Under the pieces are notes generated by a model. That model ran no database searches. It saw nothing but the letters and a program-made list of their open reading frames with translations, and was not told the DNA's origin. Both the position numbers and the translations under genes were made by a program. This document shows, in pieces, positions 50,036-59,717 of a stretch of 64,000 nt of DNA. The stretch comes from a bacterium. Its GTDB lineage: Bacteria > Patescibacteriota > Minisyncoccia > Sungbacterales > SURF-37. The stretch's first letter is position 1. Each line of letters starts with the position of its first letter. The stretch lies in the NCBI GenBank assembly GCA_030648055.1, contig JAUSHI010000009.1:176769-240768 (forward strand), written 5' to 3'.

Positions 50036-50296
50036 ATGAAAAGATGGACTGCGGTTTTTCGGGTTTTGGCTAATATCAACCGACTTAAAATTATAAAAAC
50101 ATTAGATGGTGGTTGTTCAATGAATGTCAGCGATATTGCGGAGCATTTAGGAATTTCTTTCAAGGCCACTTCTAATCACTTGGCCATGCTTAAAAATTTG
50201 GATGTTCTTGAGTCGCGTGGGATAGCCGGACATGTGTTTTATTCCATAAATCTAGGTATGCCAAAAGACCTTCGCAAAGCGATTGGTTTGATTTGA
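50036..50296 (+). CDS. ArsR/SmtB-family winged-helix regulator (paralog 2)
   Basis: FRVLANINRLKIIKTL..MNVSDIAEHLGISFKATSNHLAMLKNLDVL. Confidence 0.8.
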   Translation: MKRWTAVFRVLANINRLKIIKTLDGGCSMNVSDIAEHLGISFKATSNHLAMLKNLDVLESRGIAGHVFYSINLGMPKDLRKAIGLI

Positions 50297-50359
50297 TTTT
50301 TGGAAAATTTCGCGAAAAATATAGGGATAAAATTTTCAATATTTATGTTTTATTATTTC

Positions 50360-50387
50360 ATAGGACAATTCCATAGAATTGTCCTAT
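50360..50387. repeat. Palindrome P1 copy f (12-4-12)
   Basis: ATAGGACAATTC-CATA-GAATTGTCCTAT, 39 nt upstream of ATG 50427. Confidence 0.9.
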
Positions 50388-50426
50388 AAAATAATTTTGT
50401 TCCGTTACTCATAAAATAGATATTAT

Positions 50427-51221
50427 ATGAAAGAATTTGGGAAAAAAGAAAAGTGGTTTTTAAAAAAGAAGAAAAGCACTTCGTGGGGCAAGGTGGCCGG
50501 GTGGTATGACGATTATCTTGAGATGAACGAAGATAGCTATCAGCGGCAAGTGATATTGCCCAATCTTCTTCGGGTGCTTGAGATTCGGCGTGGGGCGAGG
50601 ATATTTGATGTTGCCTGCGGACAGGGATTTTTTACGCGCGAATTTGCCCGCTTGGGTGCCAGGGTTATGGGTGCTGATATTTCAAGGGAGCTTATTGAGT
50701 ATGCCCGCGCGCATTCGCCGAGGGAGATTATTTTTTATGTGTCTCCCGCGCACCAGCTTTCTTTCGTACGCGCGGGTGGGTTTGATATTGTAACCATCGT
50801 GCTTGCTATTCAGAATATTCAAAATATCAGCGAAGTTTTCGCGGAGGCCAGGCGGTTGCTTAAACCCTCCGGGCGCTTGGTTTTAGTGTTGAATCATCCG
50901 GTTTTGCGCGTTCCTAAAAATTCGTCATGGGGGTGGGACACGCGCACCAATGCGCAGTATCGCCGCATTGACCGCTATCTTTCTACGGAGAAGGTTGACA
51001 TTGTGATGCATCCGGGCATAAAAAACAGCGAACATACGATTTCATATCATCGCTCGCTTCAAAATATATTCGGGCCGCTTTCTAAAAACGGTTTTGCTGT
51101 TTCCAGGCTTGAGGAATGGATATCGCACCGGAAAAGCCAAAAGGGCCCGCGGCAAAAAGTGGAGGATATAGCGCGAAAAGAATTTCCACTTTTCTTAATG
51201 CTTGAGGCAAGAAAGTTATAA
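50427..51221 (+). CDS. Class I SAM-dependent methyltransferase
   Basis: Motif I IFDVACGQGFFT and post-I GADIS. Confidence 0.85.
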   Translation: MKEFGKKEKWFLKKKKSTSWGKVAGWYDDYLEMNEDSYQRQVILPNLLRVLEIRRGARIFDVACGQGFFTREFARLGARVMGADISRELIEYARAHSPREIIFYVSPAHQLSFVRAGGFDIVTIVLAIQNIQNISEVFAEARRLLKPSGRLVLVLNHPVLRVPKNSSWGWDTRTNAQYRRIDRYLSTEKVDIVMHPGIKNSEHTISYHRSLQNIFGPLSKNGFAVSRLEEWISHRKSQKGPRQKVEDIARKEFPLFLMLEARKL

Positions 51222-51295
51222 GTTCACGAGAGGATTGTCATATGCGTTATCATCGTTTATACTATAACTATAAGCAATTTTAAGTTTTTAAATAT

Positions 51296-51559
51296 ATGAA
51301 CCATCTCAATCCAAGTAAAACAGGTCTTGTGTTCGGCGCACTTGCTGGCGGGTGGCATCTTTTGTGGTCGCTTTTGGTTGTACTCGGTTGGGCACAGCCT
51401 TTGCTCAATTTCATATTCATGACTCATATGATTACGCCGCCTTTTGTTGTCGGCGTGTTCAGCACAATGACAGCTGTAATACTCATCGCCGTAACGGCAG
51501 TCCTTGGTTATGTTGTTGGCAATATTTTTGCGCTCGTGTGGAATCGGTTTCAAAAGTAA
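51296..51559 (+). CDS. Small three-TM membrane protein
   Basis: 87-aa ORF with hydrophobic segments. No family recognised. Confidence 0.45.
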   Translation: MNHLNPSKTGLVFGALAGGWHLLWSLLVVLGWAQPLLNFIFMTHMITPPFVVGVFSTMTAVILIAVTAVLGYVVGNIFALVWNRFQK

Positions 51560-51708
51560 AATAGGTTTAACGGTCTAGGCCTGCGGCCGTAGTTTTGGTT
51601 TGAGTGCGTAAATTATTGTTAACACTTATGCCATACAAAACAAAAGAAGAGGCGGACGCGGATATGGAGGATGAGGCAGTTGGTGAGAGTGTCGGGGGAT
51701 AAATTTTT

Positions 51709-52467
51709 ATGGAGGCGGAAAAAGTCTTAGTGGTAAAAGAGTTGACTAAAGATTATAAAAACATCCGCGCAGTGGACGGTGTTTCGTTTTCCGTAAATAA
51801 AGGCGAAGTGGTTGGACTTCTTGGGCCGAATGGCGCGGGTAAAACCACGACAATCAATATGATATTGGGCGTCCTTGAGCCCACCGCGGGTTCAGTATTT
51901 ATTGAAGGATTGGATGCGCGGACCAGCAGGAGTTTAGCGCTCGGCCACACAAATTTCGCGGCAATTTATGCGCAAGTGCCGGGCAATCTTACCGTCTGGC
52001 AAAATCTTTATGTATTCGGATTGCTTTACGGAGTAAAAAATATTCGCCAACGCGTTTCCGAACTTATTCAGGAATTTGAACTTGAAATGTTCAGGGATAC
52101 CAAGTGCGGTCTTTTGTCTTCCGGGGAGCAGACCAGGGTTCATTTGGCAAAAGCCATGATTAATAAGCCGGAGCTCCTTTTATTGGATGAGCCGACGGCC
52201 TCTCTGGACCCGAGCGCCTCTCTTGTCATACGCGACAAGATTCGTTCGTATGCTACGTCGGGTGCGGTCGGAGTTTTGTGGACTTCGCATAATATGCATG
52301 AGGTGGAGTTGGTATGCGACAGGGTGCTTTTTCTTTCGCGCGGCAAGATTCTTATGAAGGGCGACCCGAAAACCCTGCCGCAGTCCTACGGGAAAAAGGA
52401 CCTTGAGGAGCTTTTTATCGCGGTGGCCCGTGAGCCGCTTTCTTTAGAATTAGAGAGCGTTTTATGA
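51709..52467 (+). CDS. ABC transporter ATP-binding protein
   Basis: Walker A GPNGAGKTT, signature LSSGEQ, Walker B LLLLDEPT. Confidence 0.9.
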   Translation: MEAEKVLVVKELTKDYKNIRAVDGVSFSVNKGEVVGLLGPNGAGKTTTINMILGVLEPTAGSVFIEGLDARTSRSLALGHTNFAAIYAQVPGNLTVWQNLYVFGLLYGVKNIRQRVSELIQEFELEMFRDTKCGLLSSGEQTRVHLAKAMINKPELLLLDEPTASLDPSASLVIRDKIRSYATSGAVGVLWTSHNMHEVELVCDRVLFLSRGKILMKGDPKTLPQSYGKKDLEELFIAVAREPLSLELESVL

Positions 52468-53270
52468 GTATGAGTTTTATACGTATATATGCAATTGTCG
52501 TTCGCCAGATGTTCCTTTTGCGCCATAACCCGACGCGGTTTTTTAATATTTTCGTTTGGGTCGCGCTTGATATCATTATGTGGGGTTTCGTTACTAAATA
52601 TCTTGATTCGTTCGCTTATTCTGGGTTCAGTTTCGTACCGCTGTTTCTGGGTGCTGTCGTTTTGTGGGATTTTTTGACCCGTGTAAGCCAGGGCGTGATG
52701 CTCGCGTTTTTTGAAGACATGTGGTCGCGGAATTTTTTGAATCTTTTTGCCTCCCCCCTTGGAATAGGCGAGTATACTACCGGCCTTGTGCTTACGAGCG
52801 TTATAACAAGTTTGGCGGGTTTCTTGTTTATGCTTTCCGTATCTGGTTTTGCGTTTGGCCTTTCTTTTTTCAAGTTCGGCCTGCTTCTTATTCCGTTCCT
52901 GCTAATTCTTTTTATTTTTGGGTTAGCCCTTGGAGTATTTACCGTGGGGATCGTTCTTAGATTCGGACCCTCTGCCGAATGGCTTGCTTGGCCGCTGCCG
53001 TTTCTTTTAAATCCTTTTTCGGGAGTTTTTTACCCGGTCGCGACTTTGCCGGGCGTATTGCAAGGCATTTCTAAAATTGTTCCCACCTCGTATGTGTTTG
53101 AAGGGATGCGGAGTGTTTTGTTTTCGGGGCAGGTTTCGTCTGTTGAGCTTGCTACAGGTATTGCGCTTTCGTGTTTTTATCTTTTTGCCGCTTATCTTTT
53201 TTTCAAGGGTATTTATCGCCGCGCTTTGCGAAACGGGTTGCTTGCGCGTTTTGCCGCCGAAGGCGATTAA
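52464..53270 (+). CDS. ABC-2 type transporter permease
   Basis: Six hydrophobic segments and a 4-nt overlap with the ATPase gene. Confidence 0.8.
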   Translation: MSMSFIRIYAIVVRQMFLLRHNPTRFFNIFVWVALDIIMWGFVTKYLDSFAYSGFSFVPLFLGAVVLWDFLTRVSQGVMLAFFEDMWSRNFLNLFASPLGIGEYTTGLVLTSVITSLAGFLFMLSVSGFAFGLSFFKFGLLLIPFLLILFIFGLALGVFTVGIVLRFGPSAEWLAWPLPFLLNPFSGVFYPVATLPGVLQGISKIVPTSYVFEGMRSVLFSGQVSSVELATGIALSCFYLFAAYLFFKGIYRRALRNGLLARFAAEGD

Positions 53271-53314
53271 GTTTTTAAGCTTTCTTCTGATGTGGCAGGA
53301 TGGATATTAAAACA

Positions 53315-53344
53315 AAGCCCCCGCGCGCGCGGGGGGGGGCTTTG
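53315..53344 (+). terminator. GC-rich hairpin after the ABC operon
   Basis: AAAGCCCCCGCG-CGCG-CGGGGGGGGCTTT. Confidence 0.55.
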
Positions 53345-53459
53345 TAAATTGCATTGTTACTGAAATTTGGGTTTAGGGAGTTATGGCGAGCGGACTCTTG
53401 GAATTTATGCTTAAATAAGTTATTCTATTTATAATAATAAACTTGGTTAAAAATCTTCT

Positions 53460-53972
53460 ATGCCTAAAAACACAAAAATTATTAGCGGAACGGTGGTTGC
53501 GGTTTTGGTTATCGCGGTTCTTTATTTTGTTTTTGATTATCGCAGTAAGCGGGGAGAAACTTCGGATGCTTTTGGGGGCAAAGCAAAGGTCGCGGGAGAT
53601 GAAAAAAGCAAAAACACAAATCCTATGGATACGCAAAGTTTTGAAACGGCTGGATTTAAAATTGAAATTCTGAAGGAGGGGAAGGGTGTGGAAGCTGTGT
53701 CCGGGAATACCGTAGCGGTACACTATACCGGTACGCTTACGAATGGGCAGAAATTTGATTCAAGTATTGACCGCGGTCAGCCGTTCTCTTTTAAATTGGG
53801 CGCGGGGCAGGTAATCGCTGGTTGGGACCAGGGGCTTATCGGCATGAAGGTGGGCGAGAAGCGGCGCCTTACCATTCCGCCTGATTTGGGTTACGGGGCC
53901 GAGGGCGCGGGCGGAGTAATACCTCCGAATGCCACGCTTATTTTTGAAGTTGAAATATTGAAAATTGATTAA
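53460..53972 (+). CDS. FKBP-type peptidyl-prolyl cis-trans isomerase with N-terminal TM anchor
   Basis: [52 protein letters not shown]. Confidence 0.9.
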   Translation: MPKNTKIISGTVVAVLVIAVLYFVFDYRSKRGETSDAFGGKAKVAGDEKSKNTNPMDTQSFETAGFKIEILKEGKGVEAVSGNTVAVHYTGTLTNGQKFDSSIDRGQPFSFKLGAGQVIAGWDQGLIGMKVGEKRRLTIPPDLGYGAEGAGGVIPPNATLIFEVEILKID

Positions 53973-54225
53973 TTGTTTTGCCGCGCGGCTTTAATATTTA
54001 TAGAGAGGAACGAATTTAAAAATACAGCTGTTGGTGTGGAGGGCGCTCGTGAGATTGGGTGGGAGCCCCCGCCAAAACAGAAGCGGGCAAAAACTACTCT
54101 TGCGCAGTTGAAGAAGTTCAGGAGTTGCGTAGAAGTGTATAAAAAGCAAAAAGGCGGTCAAAATTTAAAACCCGCTCAATTTGGGCGCGGATTTTGGGTC
54201 AATTGTTTGTTCGCAAGCGTATTCT

Positions 54226-55044
54226 CTATTTTATCTTGCCGTCTTCTCTTTTAAGGTCTTCATAAACGCCGCCTAGAAACGATAATTTTTCGAAGGCGAG
54301 GAATAGTAAGCTTAACGCGGCGTAAAAAGTGAAATGGCTTAGGTAGACTATTTTATATTCCGCAACGCCGAAAACATTTTCAATAAGTTCGTGAAAAATA
54401 TTGGGCAGTGCGGCAAGGACTATTAACACGATGCCGGCGTTTAAAAAATTCACAAAGCCGGAGGCTATTGAGGTAAGGTGCTTAATTTTTAAAACCTCGG
54501 CAAAAGCTATGAGCCCGACTACGAATAGGACAGCGCCGTAAATATAGGGCGCGGGACCATCTAATTTTAAAGATACTAATTGATCATTCAGGAGAAGGAC
54601 GGCGGAAAACGCAAGGAGAATGAAAATTATAACTTCACAGATTTTTTGAATGTTTGTTGACCATAAATTTCTAATTTTTAAAAAGAATTCCGCGCCTATA
54701 ATTATGGAAAGAAGACTTACAAGGTAAAAATTGGCGACTAACACAAAGGTCGTGTCTTTATGTTGTTGGATAATCGCTATGCTGAAAAATTCTATCAAAT
54801 GAGATACGCCTAAAACGGCCATAGCTAATAGAGAAGCGTGAAAAAATTTTTCCAGCACCGGGTCGTATGTGTAGTAGTGGCCGAATACACGGGATGCCGC
54901 AAGGATTACGAAGAGTACGGCAATAATAAGGCCGCTTGAATAAAAAAAAGTGCCACCCCCGACGGTCAAGGTTAATAGAATAATTACCGCATTTACAATA
55001 AGTAACGAAAAACGGTTGAAAATTTTATCCAGTAATACAGGCAT
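54226..55044 (-). CDS. Hypothetical polytopic membrane protein
   Basis: 272-aa ORF with about 8 hydrophobic segments. No family recognised. Confidence 0.55.
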   Translation of the reverse strand: MPVLLDKIFNRFSLLIVNAVIILLTLTVGGGTFFYSSGLIIAVLFVILAASRVFGHYYTYDPVLEKFFHASLLAMAVLGVSHLIEFFSIAIIQQHKDTTFVLVANFYLVSLLSIIIGAEFFLKIRNLWSTNIQKICEVIIFILLAFSAVLLLNDQLVSLKLDGPAPYIYGAVLFVVGLIAFAEVLKIKHLTSIASGFVNFLNAGIVLIVLAALPNIFHELIENVFGVAEYKIVYLSHFTFYAALSLLFLAFEKLSFLGGVYEDLKREDGKIK

Positions 55045-55100
55045 AAATTTAATTATATGGAGAATAATGTTTATATGAAAAGTGGGCGCAGGTTTACGGC

Positions 55101-56756
55101 TTATTTGCTGTCCATATTGGTGTTAATAAGTGAAAGGGCATAGTCCAAAGTTACTCCTATTTTTTTGTGTGGATTGAAAATCCCATCAGGGTCAAATATT
55201 TTTTTAGTTTCTTCGAAAAGGTTATAAACCTTTTCGCCGTACATCATTTTGAGGAATGGGCTCCGAATCAGGCCGTCGTTATGCTCACCAGTGGTTGAGC
55301 CGTGAAATTCATATATTAGTTTGTAAACCTCTTCAGAGAGGTTTTTTATAATCATTTTTGCCTCTGGTTTTGAGAGGTCCATCAAGGGGATGATATGAAA
55401 ATTGCCGTTGCCGACGTGCCCGGCAATCGTATAGAAAATATTGTAGCGGTCCAATATAGAATAGAGTTTCGGCATAAATCGTGGAAGATCTTCGGGCTTG
55501 ACCACGAAGTCATCAATAAAGGGCGCGGTGCGCAGGCCTTTGACGTGGTGCCGGAGAAGGTTAAAACTTTCTCTTCTGATTACCCAATATTTTTGGGCCT
55601 CGCTGTTTGATTTTGTAACTTTTGTTTTAAAATCGTATTTCTTTTTGAGGTCGGCCTCGGCCTCATCCGCTTTTCTTTTTGCTTCTTCAGGTGTGTTTCC
55701 GGTAAATTCGGCGAGTAACACGAGCTTGGGGATTCCGCCAGTGAGCGCCATCCAAAATTCCGGCAGAAAACTGAAAGCGAGGCGGATGATGTTGCCTTTT
55801 AATTTTTTGGCGATATCGGGAAATAATTTTATGCCGAGCTTGAACGTGTTGTCGTCGTATGACTCAAAACTTTCGGGTTTGTATTTGAGAACATGCTGGG
55901 CTACTTCGGCGATCAGTTTTACGTCTTTCAAAAAAATGACAAGAAGCCGCGTGTGCGGGTAAGGCCTTATGAGTTTCAACCTTGCTTCAGTTATAATGCC
56001 GAGCGTTCCCTGGGAGCCGACGATTAATTTTGTAAGATCAAAAGTTTTGCGGTCTTTGTCCATGACATCCCAGAGATAGTAGCCGGCGGAATTTTTGGTG
56101 ACTTGCGGTTTAGCAGAGCGTAAAAGTTCGTAATTTTTATCAAGCAGATCGTACATTTTCCGGTATAGTTCGCCCTCTAAAGTGTGAAGCGCTTTTTTTT
56201 CTTCCAGTTCTTTTGATGACAATTCGCCGAAACGATATTCGTTGCCGTCGCTAAGAATCATTTTTAATTCTTGCACATAGTCCTCGGTTTTGCCGTAGGC
56301 CAATGTTTTTTCACCCCCCGAATTATTAGCAATCATTCCGCCGATGGCGCAGAGTTCGCGGGATGCCGGGTAGCTCGGGAGCAGAAGTTCGCGCTCAAGC
56401 GTTTTCTTTTCAAAGTCCTTGTAAAAAATTCCAGGCTCAACCACGGCGAAATCGGAACCGATTTCTTTAAAGCGGTTGATGTGGCGCGTAAGCTCAACGA
56501 CGATTGAGCTCGTTAGCGGCCCACCGCTCATGTCGCTTCCTGCTGAGCGCGCGGTTAGTGAAATGCTGGGGTCTTCGTTGCGAACCCGCAGTGTGAATTT
56601 AACGAGGTTCTTTATATCTTCAACATCCTTGGGGAATACCACCAGTTTCGGCCTTACCTCAAAAAGACTAGCATCGTGGCTGTATTTTTTAAGCGTCTCT
56701 GGAGAATCATCAGCTTCGCCCCGGATGAATTCCTTAATGCGTGTTGTGATGTCCAT
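55101..56756 (-). CDS. FAD-binding oxidoreductase (GlcD/D-lactate dehydrogenase-like, FAD_binding_4)
   Basis: ARSAGSDMSGGPL and IGGMIANNSGGEKT FAD-domain motifs. C-terminal GSTTGEHNDG. Confidence 0.85.
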   Translation of the reverse strand: MDITTRIKEFIRGEADDSPETLKKYSHDASLFEVRPKLVVFPKDVEDIKNLVKFTLRVRNEDPSISLTARSAGSDMSGGPLTSSIVVELTRHINRFKEIGSDFAVVEPGIFYKDFEKKTLERELLLPSYPASRELCAIGGMIANNSGGEKTLAYGKTEDYVQELKMILSDGNEYRFGELSSKELEEKKALHTLEGELYRKMYDLLDKNYELLRSAKPQVTKNSAGYYLWDVMDKDRKTFDLTKLIVGSQGTLGIITEARLKLIRPYPHTRLLVIFLKDVKLIAEVAQHVLKYKPESFESYDDNTFKLGIKLFPDIAKKLKGNIIRLAFSFLPEFWMALTGGIPKLVLLAEFTGNTPEEAKRKADEAEADLKKKYDFKTKVTKSNSEAQKYWVIRRESFNLLRHHVKGLRTAPFIDDFVVKPEDLPRFMPKLYSILDRYNIFYTIAGHVGNGNFHIIPLMDLSKPEAKMIIKNLSEEVYKLIYEFHGSTTGEHNDGLIRSPFLKMMYGEKVYNLFEETKKIFDPDGIFNPHKKIGVTLDYALSLINTNMDSK

Positions 56757-56862
56757 GTTTATTTTGCGTTATATAGTTCATATTATCACATCTTTAGTTT
56801 GGAAAGCGATGGCGATTTGGCGTATAATAAGAAAAGTAAATGTAAACAAATTATCTGGAATT

Positions 56863-57315
56863 ATGCCAATGCATAAACCCCTGAAACTTGAGGAATTAAA
56901 GGTCCTTGGCAAAAAAGCGAGGAATATTAATATTGAACACCGCGAAAGATTAAGCCGGCTTGAAAAATCGGCGCTATTCGTCACGGAGCGCATAGGGACC
57001 ATGGGTTTTTTCTTTATTATTCTGGCCTGGACGGTTTTATGGATCGGATGGAACGCGCTTGCTCCAGCCGGTTTGCGGTTTGATCCGTTTCCGGCTTTTG
57101 TTCTTTGGCTTTTTATGTCCAATATTATTCAGCTTCACCTTTTGCCACTGCTTCTTGTCGGACAAAATTTGTTAGCGCGGCACCAGGAGGCGCGCGCCGA
57201 GGCGGATTTTGAGGTTAACGCAAGGGCGGAGAGGGAAATTGAAACAATTCTTCAGCATCTTGAGAATCAAGGCGAACTTATCTCAGAAATTCTTCGCCGT
57301 CTTGAAAAAAACTGA
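56863..57315 (+). CDS. DUF1003-like membrane protein
   Basis: FDPFPAFVLWLFMSNIIQLHLLPLLLVGQN..RAE pattern. ATG 56863 is used because the track ORF start overlaps the convergent flavoprotein gene. Confidence 0.7.
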   Translation: MPMHKPLKLEELKVLGKKARNINIEHRERLSRLEKSALFVTERIGTMGFFFIILAWTVLWIGWNALAPAGLRFDPFPAFVLWLFMSNIIQLHLLPLLLVGQNLLARHQEARAEADFEVNARAEREIETILQHLENQGELISEILRRLEKN

Positions 57316-57346
57316 AAGACAATAATCAATTTAAAATATTTAATTT

Positions 57347-57541
57347 ATGGAAGAACCAGAAATTTTAAAGCGGATTGACGAGCAGGAAAAAAAGCTTGAC
57401 GCGATATATCTTTCGGTTGAGAGAACGAGAAAATATTTTCTCTGGACACTTATCGCCACCGTTGTGGTTGTTGTTTTTCCGCTCTTAGGACTTTTATTTG
57501 TTATTCCGCAGTTTTTGAGCACTTATACCCAAGGATTTTAA
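57347..57541 (+). CDS. Small single-TM protein
   Basis: 64-aa ORF with an N-terminal helix and then LWTLIATVVVVVFPLLGLLFVIP. Confidence 0.45.
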   Translation: MEEPEILKRIDEQEKKLDAIYLSVERTRKYFLWTLIATVVVVVFPLLGLLFVIPQFLSTYTQGF

Positions 57542-57556
57542 CGTGTAGTTAATTTT

Positions 57557-58063
57557 ATGATTTTAACCACTCACGCAATAACCGGAGTCGCCGCCGCATC
57601 CCTCGTTCCATCGCATCGCGTTTTGGCCTTTTTTCTTGCCTTCGCGAGCCATTTTTTGATTGACGCCATCCCGCACTGGGATTATCACCTCGTGTCTAAG
57701 CGTTATGTGGGCGGGAACTTAATGGCAACCGATATGCCGTTCGGCTGGGATTTTTGTAAAGACCTCGTAAAAATCGGTTTTGATTTCGTTCTTGGGCTTT
57801 TCTTCTCTTTTATTATTTTTGGTTTATTTTTTAATCTTTCGTTTTGGTTAATACTTATCGGAGTGGCCGGGGGAATGCTTCCGGATTTTTTGCAGTTTGT
57901 TTATATGAAATTTAAGCACGAACCGCTCGTTTCGCTTCAGCGTTTTCATATGTGGATACATACCAAAAAAAGATTGTACGGCAAGGTTTTTTTGGGAATT
58001 TTATTGCAGGCCACTTTTTCTGCTTTTGCCGTACTGGCGTCAGCCCTAATATCGCGTGTTTAG
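57557..58063 (+). CDS. Hypothetical membrane protein with HxxxD..H motif (YdjM-like metal-hydrolase resemblance)
   Basis: SHFLIDAIPHWDY and several TM segments. The family call is tentative. Confidence 0.5.
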   Translation: MILTTHAITGVAAASLVPSHRVLAFFLAFASHFLIDAIPHWDYHLVSKRYVGGNLMATDMPFGWDFCKDLVKIGFDFVLGLFFSFIIFGLFFNLSFWLILIGVAGGMLPDFLQFVYMKFKHEPLVSLQRFHMWIHTKKRLYGKVFLGILLQATFSAFAVLASALISRV

Positions 58064-58104
58064 AAACTGCACCGTAAATATTTATAAGTTAAAAATAAAT
58101 TCTT

Positions 58105-58854
58105 ATGCCTTTTAGATCCGCAACGCGAAGCCGCGGTTTATATAATCCGGATTCAGAAACACCTTTTAAGCTTAGCAGATCCAAGCTTGAACTTTTCACT
58201 AATTGCCCGCGCTGTTTTTATTTTGACCGCAGATTGGGGGTCGGGCGGCCGCAAATACCGGCCTTCACCCTTAATTCCGCGGTTGATACGCTTCTTAAAA
58301 AAGAGTTTGACATACATCGCGCTCGCGGCCAGGCACATCCATTAATGACAGAGTACAAAGTTAACGCCGTGCCGTTCGTTCACGAAGATCTGGACAAGTG
58401 GAGGCAGAATTTTGTCGGGGTTCAGTATTTACATGAGCCGACCAATTTTATTATTACCGGCGCGGTGGATGACGTATGGCGAAGCGATAACGGCGAATTG
58501 TTTGTGGTTGACTATAAAGCCACGAGCACTCTCAGGGAAATTTCGCTTGAGGACGAATATAAGCAGGGCTACAAAAGGCAGTTGGAAATATATCAGTGGC
58601 TTCTTAGGAAAAACGGATTTGACGTGTCTGATACCGGCTATTTTGTTTATGTGAACGGCAAAACCGACAGGAAAGCGTTTGATGGCAAACTTGATTTTGA
58701 CATTCAGCTTATTTCCTACAAAGGGGATTCGCGTTGGGTTGAAAAAACTATTCTTGACGCCTGGAATTGTCTACAAGGCGATAAAATACCTAATAAAACT
58801 GAAACATGCGAATATTGCGGCTATGTTGAAGCCATGAGCAAGGAATTGAAATAA
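58105..58854 (+). CDS. PD-(D/E)xK nuclease (Cas4/RecB-like) with Cys cluster
   Basis: N-terminal CPRCFYF, core ELFVVDYKATS..QLEIYQ and C-terminal CEYCGY. Confidence 0.7.
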   Translation: MPFRSATRSRGLYNPDSETPFKLSRSKLELFTNCPRCFYFDRRLGVGRPQIPAFTLNSAVDTLLKKEFDIHRARGQAHPLMTEYKVNAVPFVHEDLDKWRQNFVGVQYLHEPTNFIITGAVDDVWRSDNGELFVVDYKATSTLREISLEDEYKQGYKRQLEIYQWLLRKNGFDVSDTGYFVYVNGKTDRKAFDGKLDFDIQLISYKGDSRWVEKTILDAWNCLQGDKIPNKTETCEYCGYVEAMSKELK

Positions 58855-58960
58855 ATCCCCACACCTTACCAGAATTTTTTGCGGTTACGCCGCAGGGGTG
58901 AATGGGTGTAAAGTTAGTTTCTTATCGCGGGGACAATACCTCGTAGGAAGGTGTGGGGAT
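58855..58960 (+). repeat. 13-bp terminal stem (ATCCCCACACCTT/AAGGTGTGGGGAT) enclosing ~80 nt, followed by a T-rich tract
   Basis: Perfect arms directly after the nuclease stop. It probably acts as a terminator. Related to the stem at 37405-37505. Confidence 0.6.
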
Positions 58961-58983
58961 AAAATTATTTTGTTTTTATTAGT

Positions 58984-59103
58984 CCCGTTAGAAGCCGCGG
59001 CCGCAGTCCGGGAAACACATATTATTAATATTATGAGAAAAAAAGATTATAAACTATAAGCACAATAATTGGCAGACGCTAGCCGCGACCTGCTTCTAAC
59101 GGG
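58984..59103 (+). promoter_or_regulatory. Family-2 leader element, copy 1: closing helix ends at the thpR ATG
   Basis: CCCGTTAGAAGC..CGCGGC pairs with GCCGCG..GCTTCTAACGGG. The ATG follows with 0 nt gap. Confidence 0.7.
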
Positions 59104-59697
59104 ATGCGAAAGAGGATTTTTATTTCAATAGAATTGCCGGATGGTGTTATCCAGAAACTTGTTGAGTCTTTAGAGAAGTGGCGCTGGCTTCCTATTCGCT
59201 GGCTTCCGCCGGAAAATTGGCATATAACAATAGTTCCGCCGTTTTATGCGGAAGAAAATGAGATTGCGGTTATTAAAGAGGTCTTAATAAAAGCCACAAG
59301 AAGTTTTAAACCTTTTGAGATTGCTTTTGATTCAATAATTTTAGCTCCGTTGGAGAGGAAAGCAAGAATGATTTGGTTTTCTGGTCCGCAAAGCAGGGAG
59401 CTGGAAATGTTGAAACTGGAGATAGAACGAGTTTTTTCAAAAAATAAATTTATTCCTACGTTTAAATCGGAAGAAAATATGATTTCCGCGCACATTACTC
59501 TTGCAAGGTTTGACGAGGGGAGTCTCAGCGAACTTGAGCAAAAAACCAGAACACTTGAAAAGTTAAAACTTTTATTTACCGTGTCAGCCGTTGATATTAT
59601 GGAGTCGCATTTGAAACAATCTGGCGCTGAATATGAGATGTTCGCAAAGATTTCTTTTGTTGAAGAGGAGGCTCGGGGTTATGAGTTTTTGCCGTGA
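59104..59697 (+). CDS. thpR: RNA 2',3'-cyclic phosphodiesterase / 2'-5' RNA ligase family (2H)
   Basis: Two H-x-T/S motifs: WHITIVPPF and AHITLARF. Confidence 0.8.
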   Translation: MRKRIFISIELPDGVIQKLVESLEKWRWLPIRWLPPENWHITIVPPFYAEENEIAVIKEVLIKATRSFKPFEIAFDSIILAPLERKARMIWFSGPQSRELEMLKLEIERVFSKNKFIPTFKSEENMISAHITLARFDEGSLSELEQKTRTLEKLKLLFTVSAVDIMESHLKQSGAEYEMFAKISFVEEEARGYEFLP

Positions 59698-59717
59698 TTA
59701 TTTATGATATTTAGCTT

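Noticed and set aside
43681-50387. Repeated perfect palindromes (P1 and P2) considered as CRISPR arrays
   Set aside because: Spacing is irregular (70 nt to more than 900 nt). The intervals contain whole genes or a tRNA. Copies occur in both orientations, and no cas genes are present.
53973-54254. 93-aa TTG-initiated ORF between FKBP and the convergent membrane-protein gene
   Set aside because: It has no ATG start or promoter context, lies in a convergent terminator region, and overlaps the 3' end of the minus-strand gene.
56476-56862. N-terminal 129-codon extension of the DUF1003-like ORF
   Set aside because: The extension is antisense to the 5' part of the well-supported flavoprotein gene. 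Homology-like sequence and a TATAAT begin only near ATG 56863.
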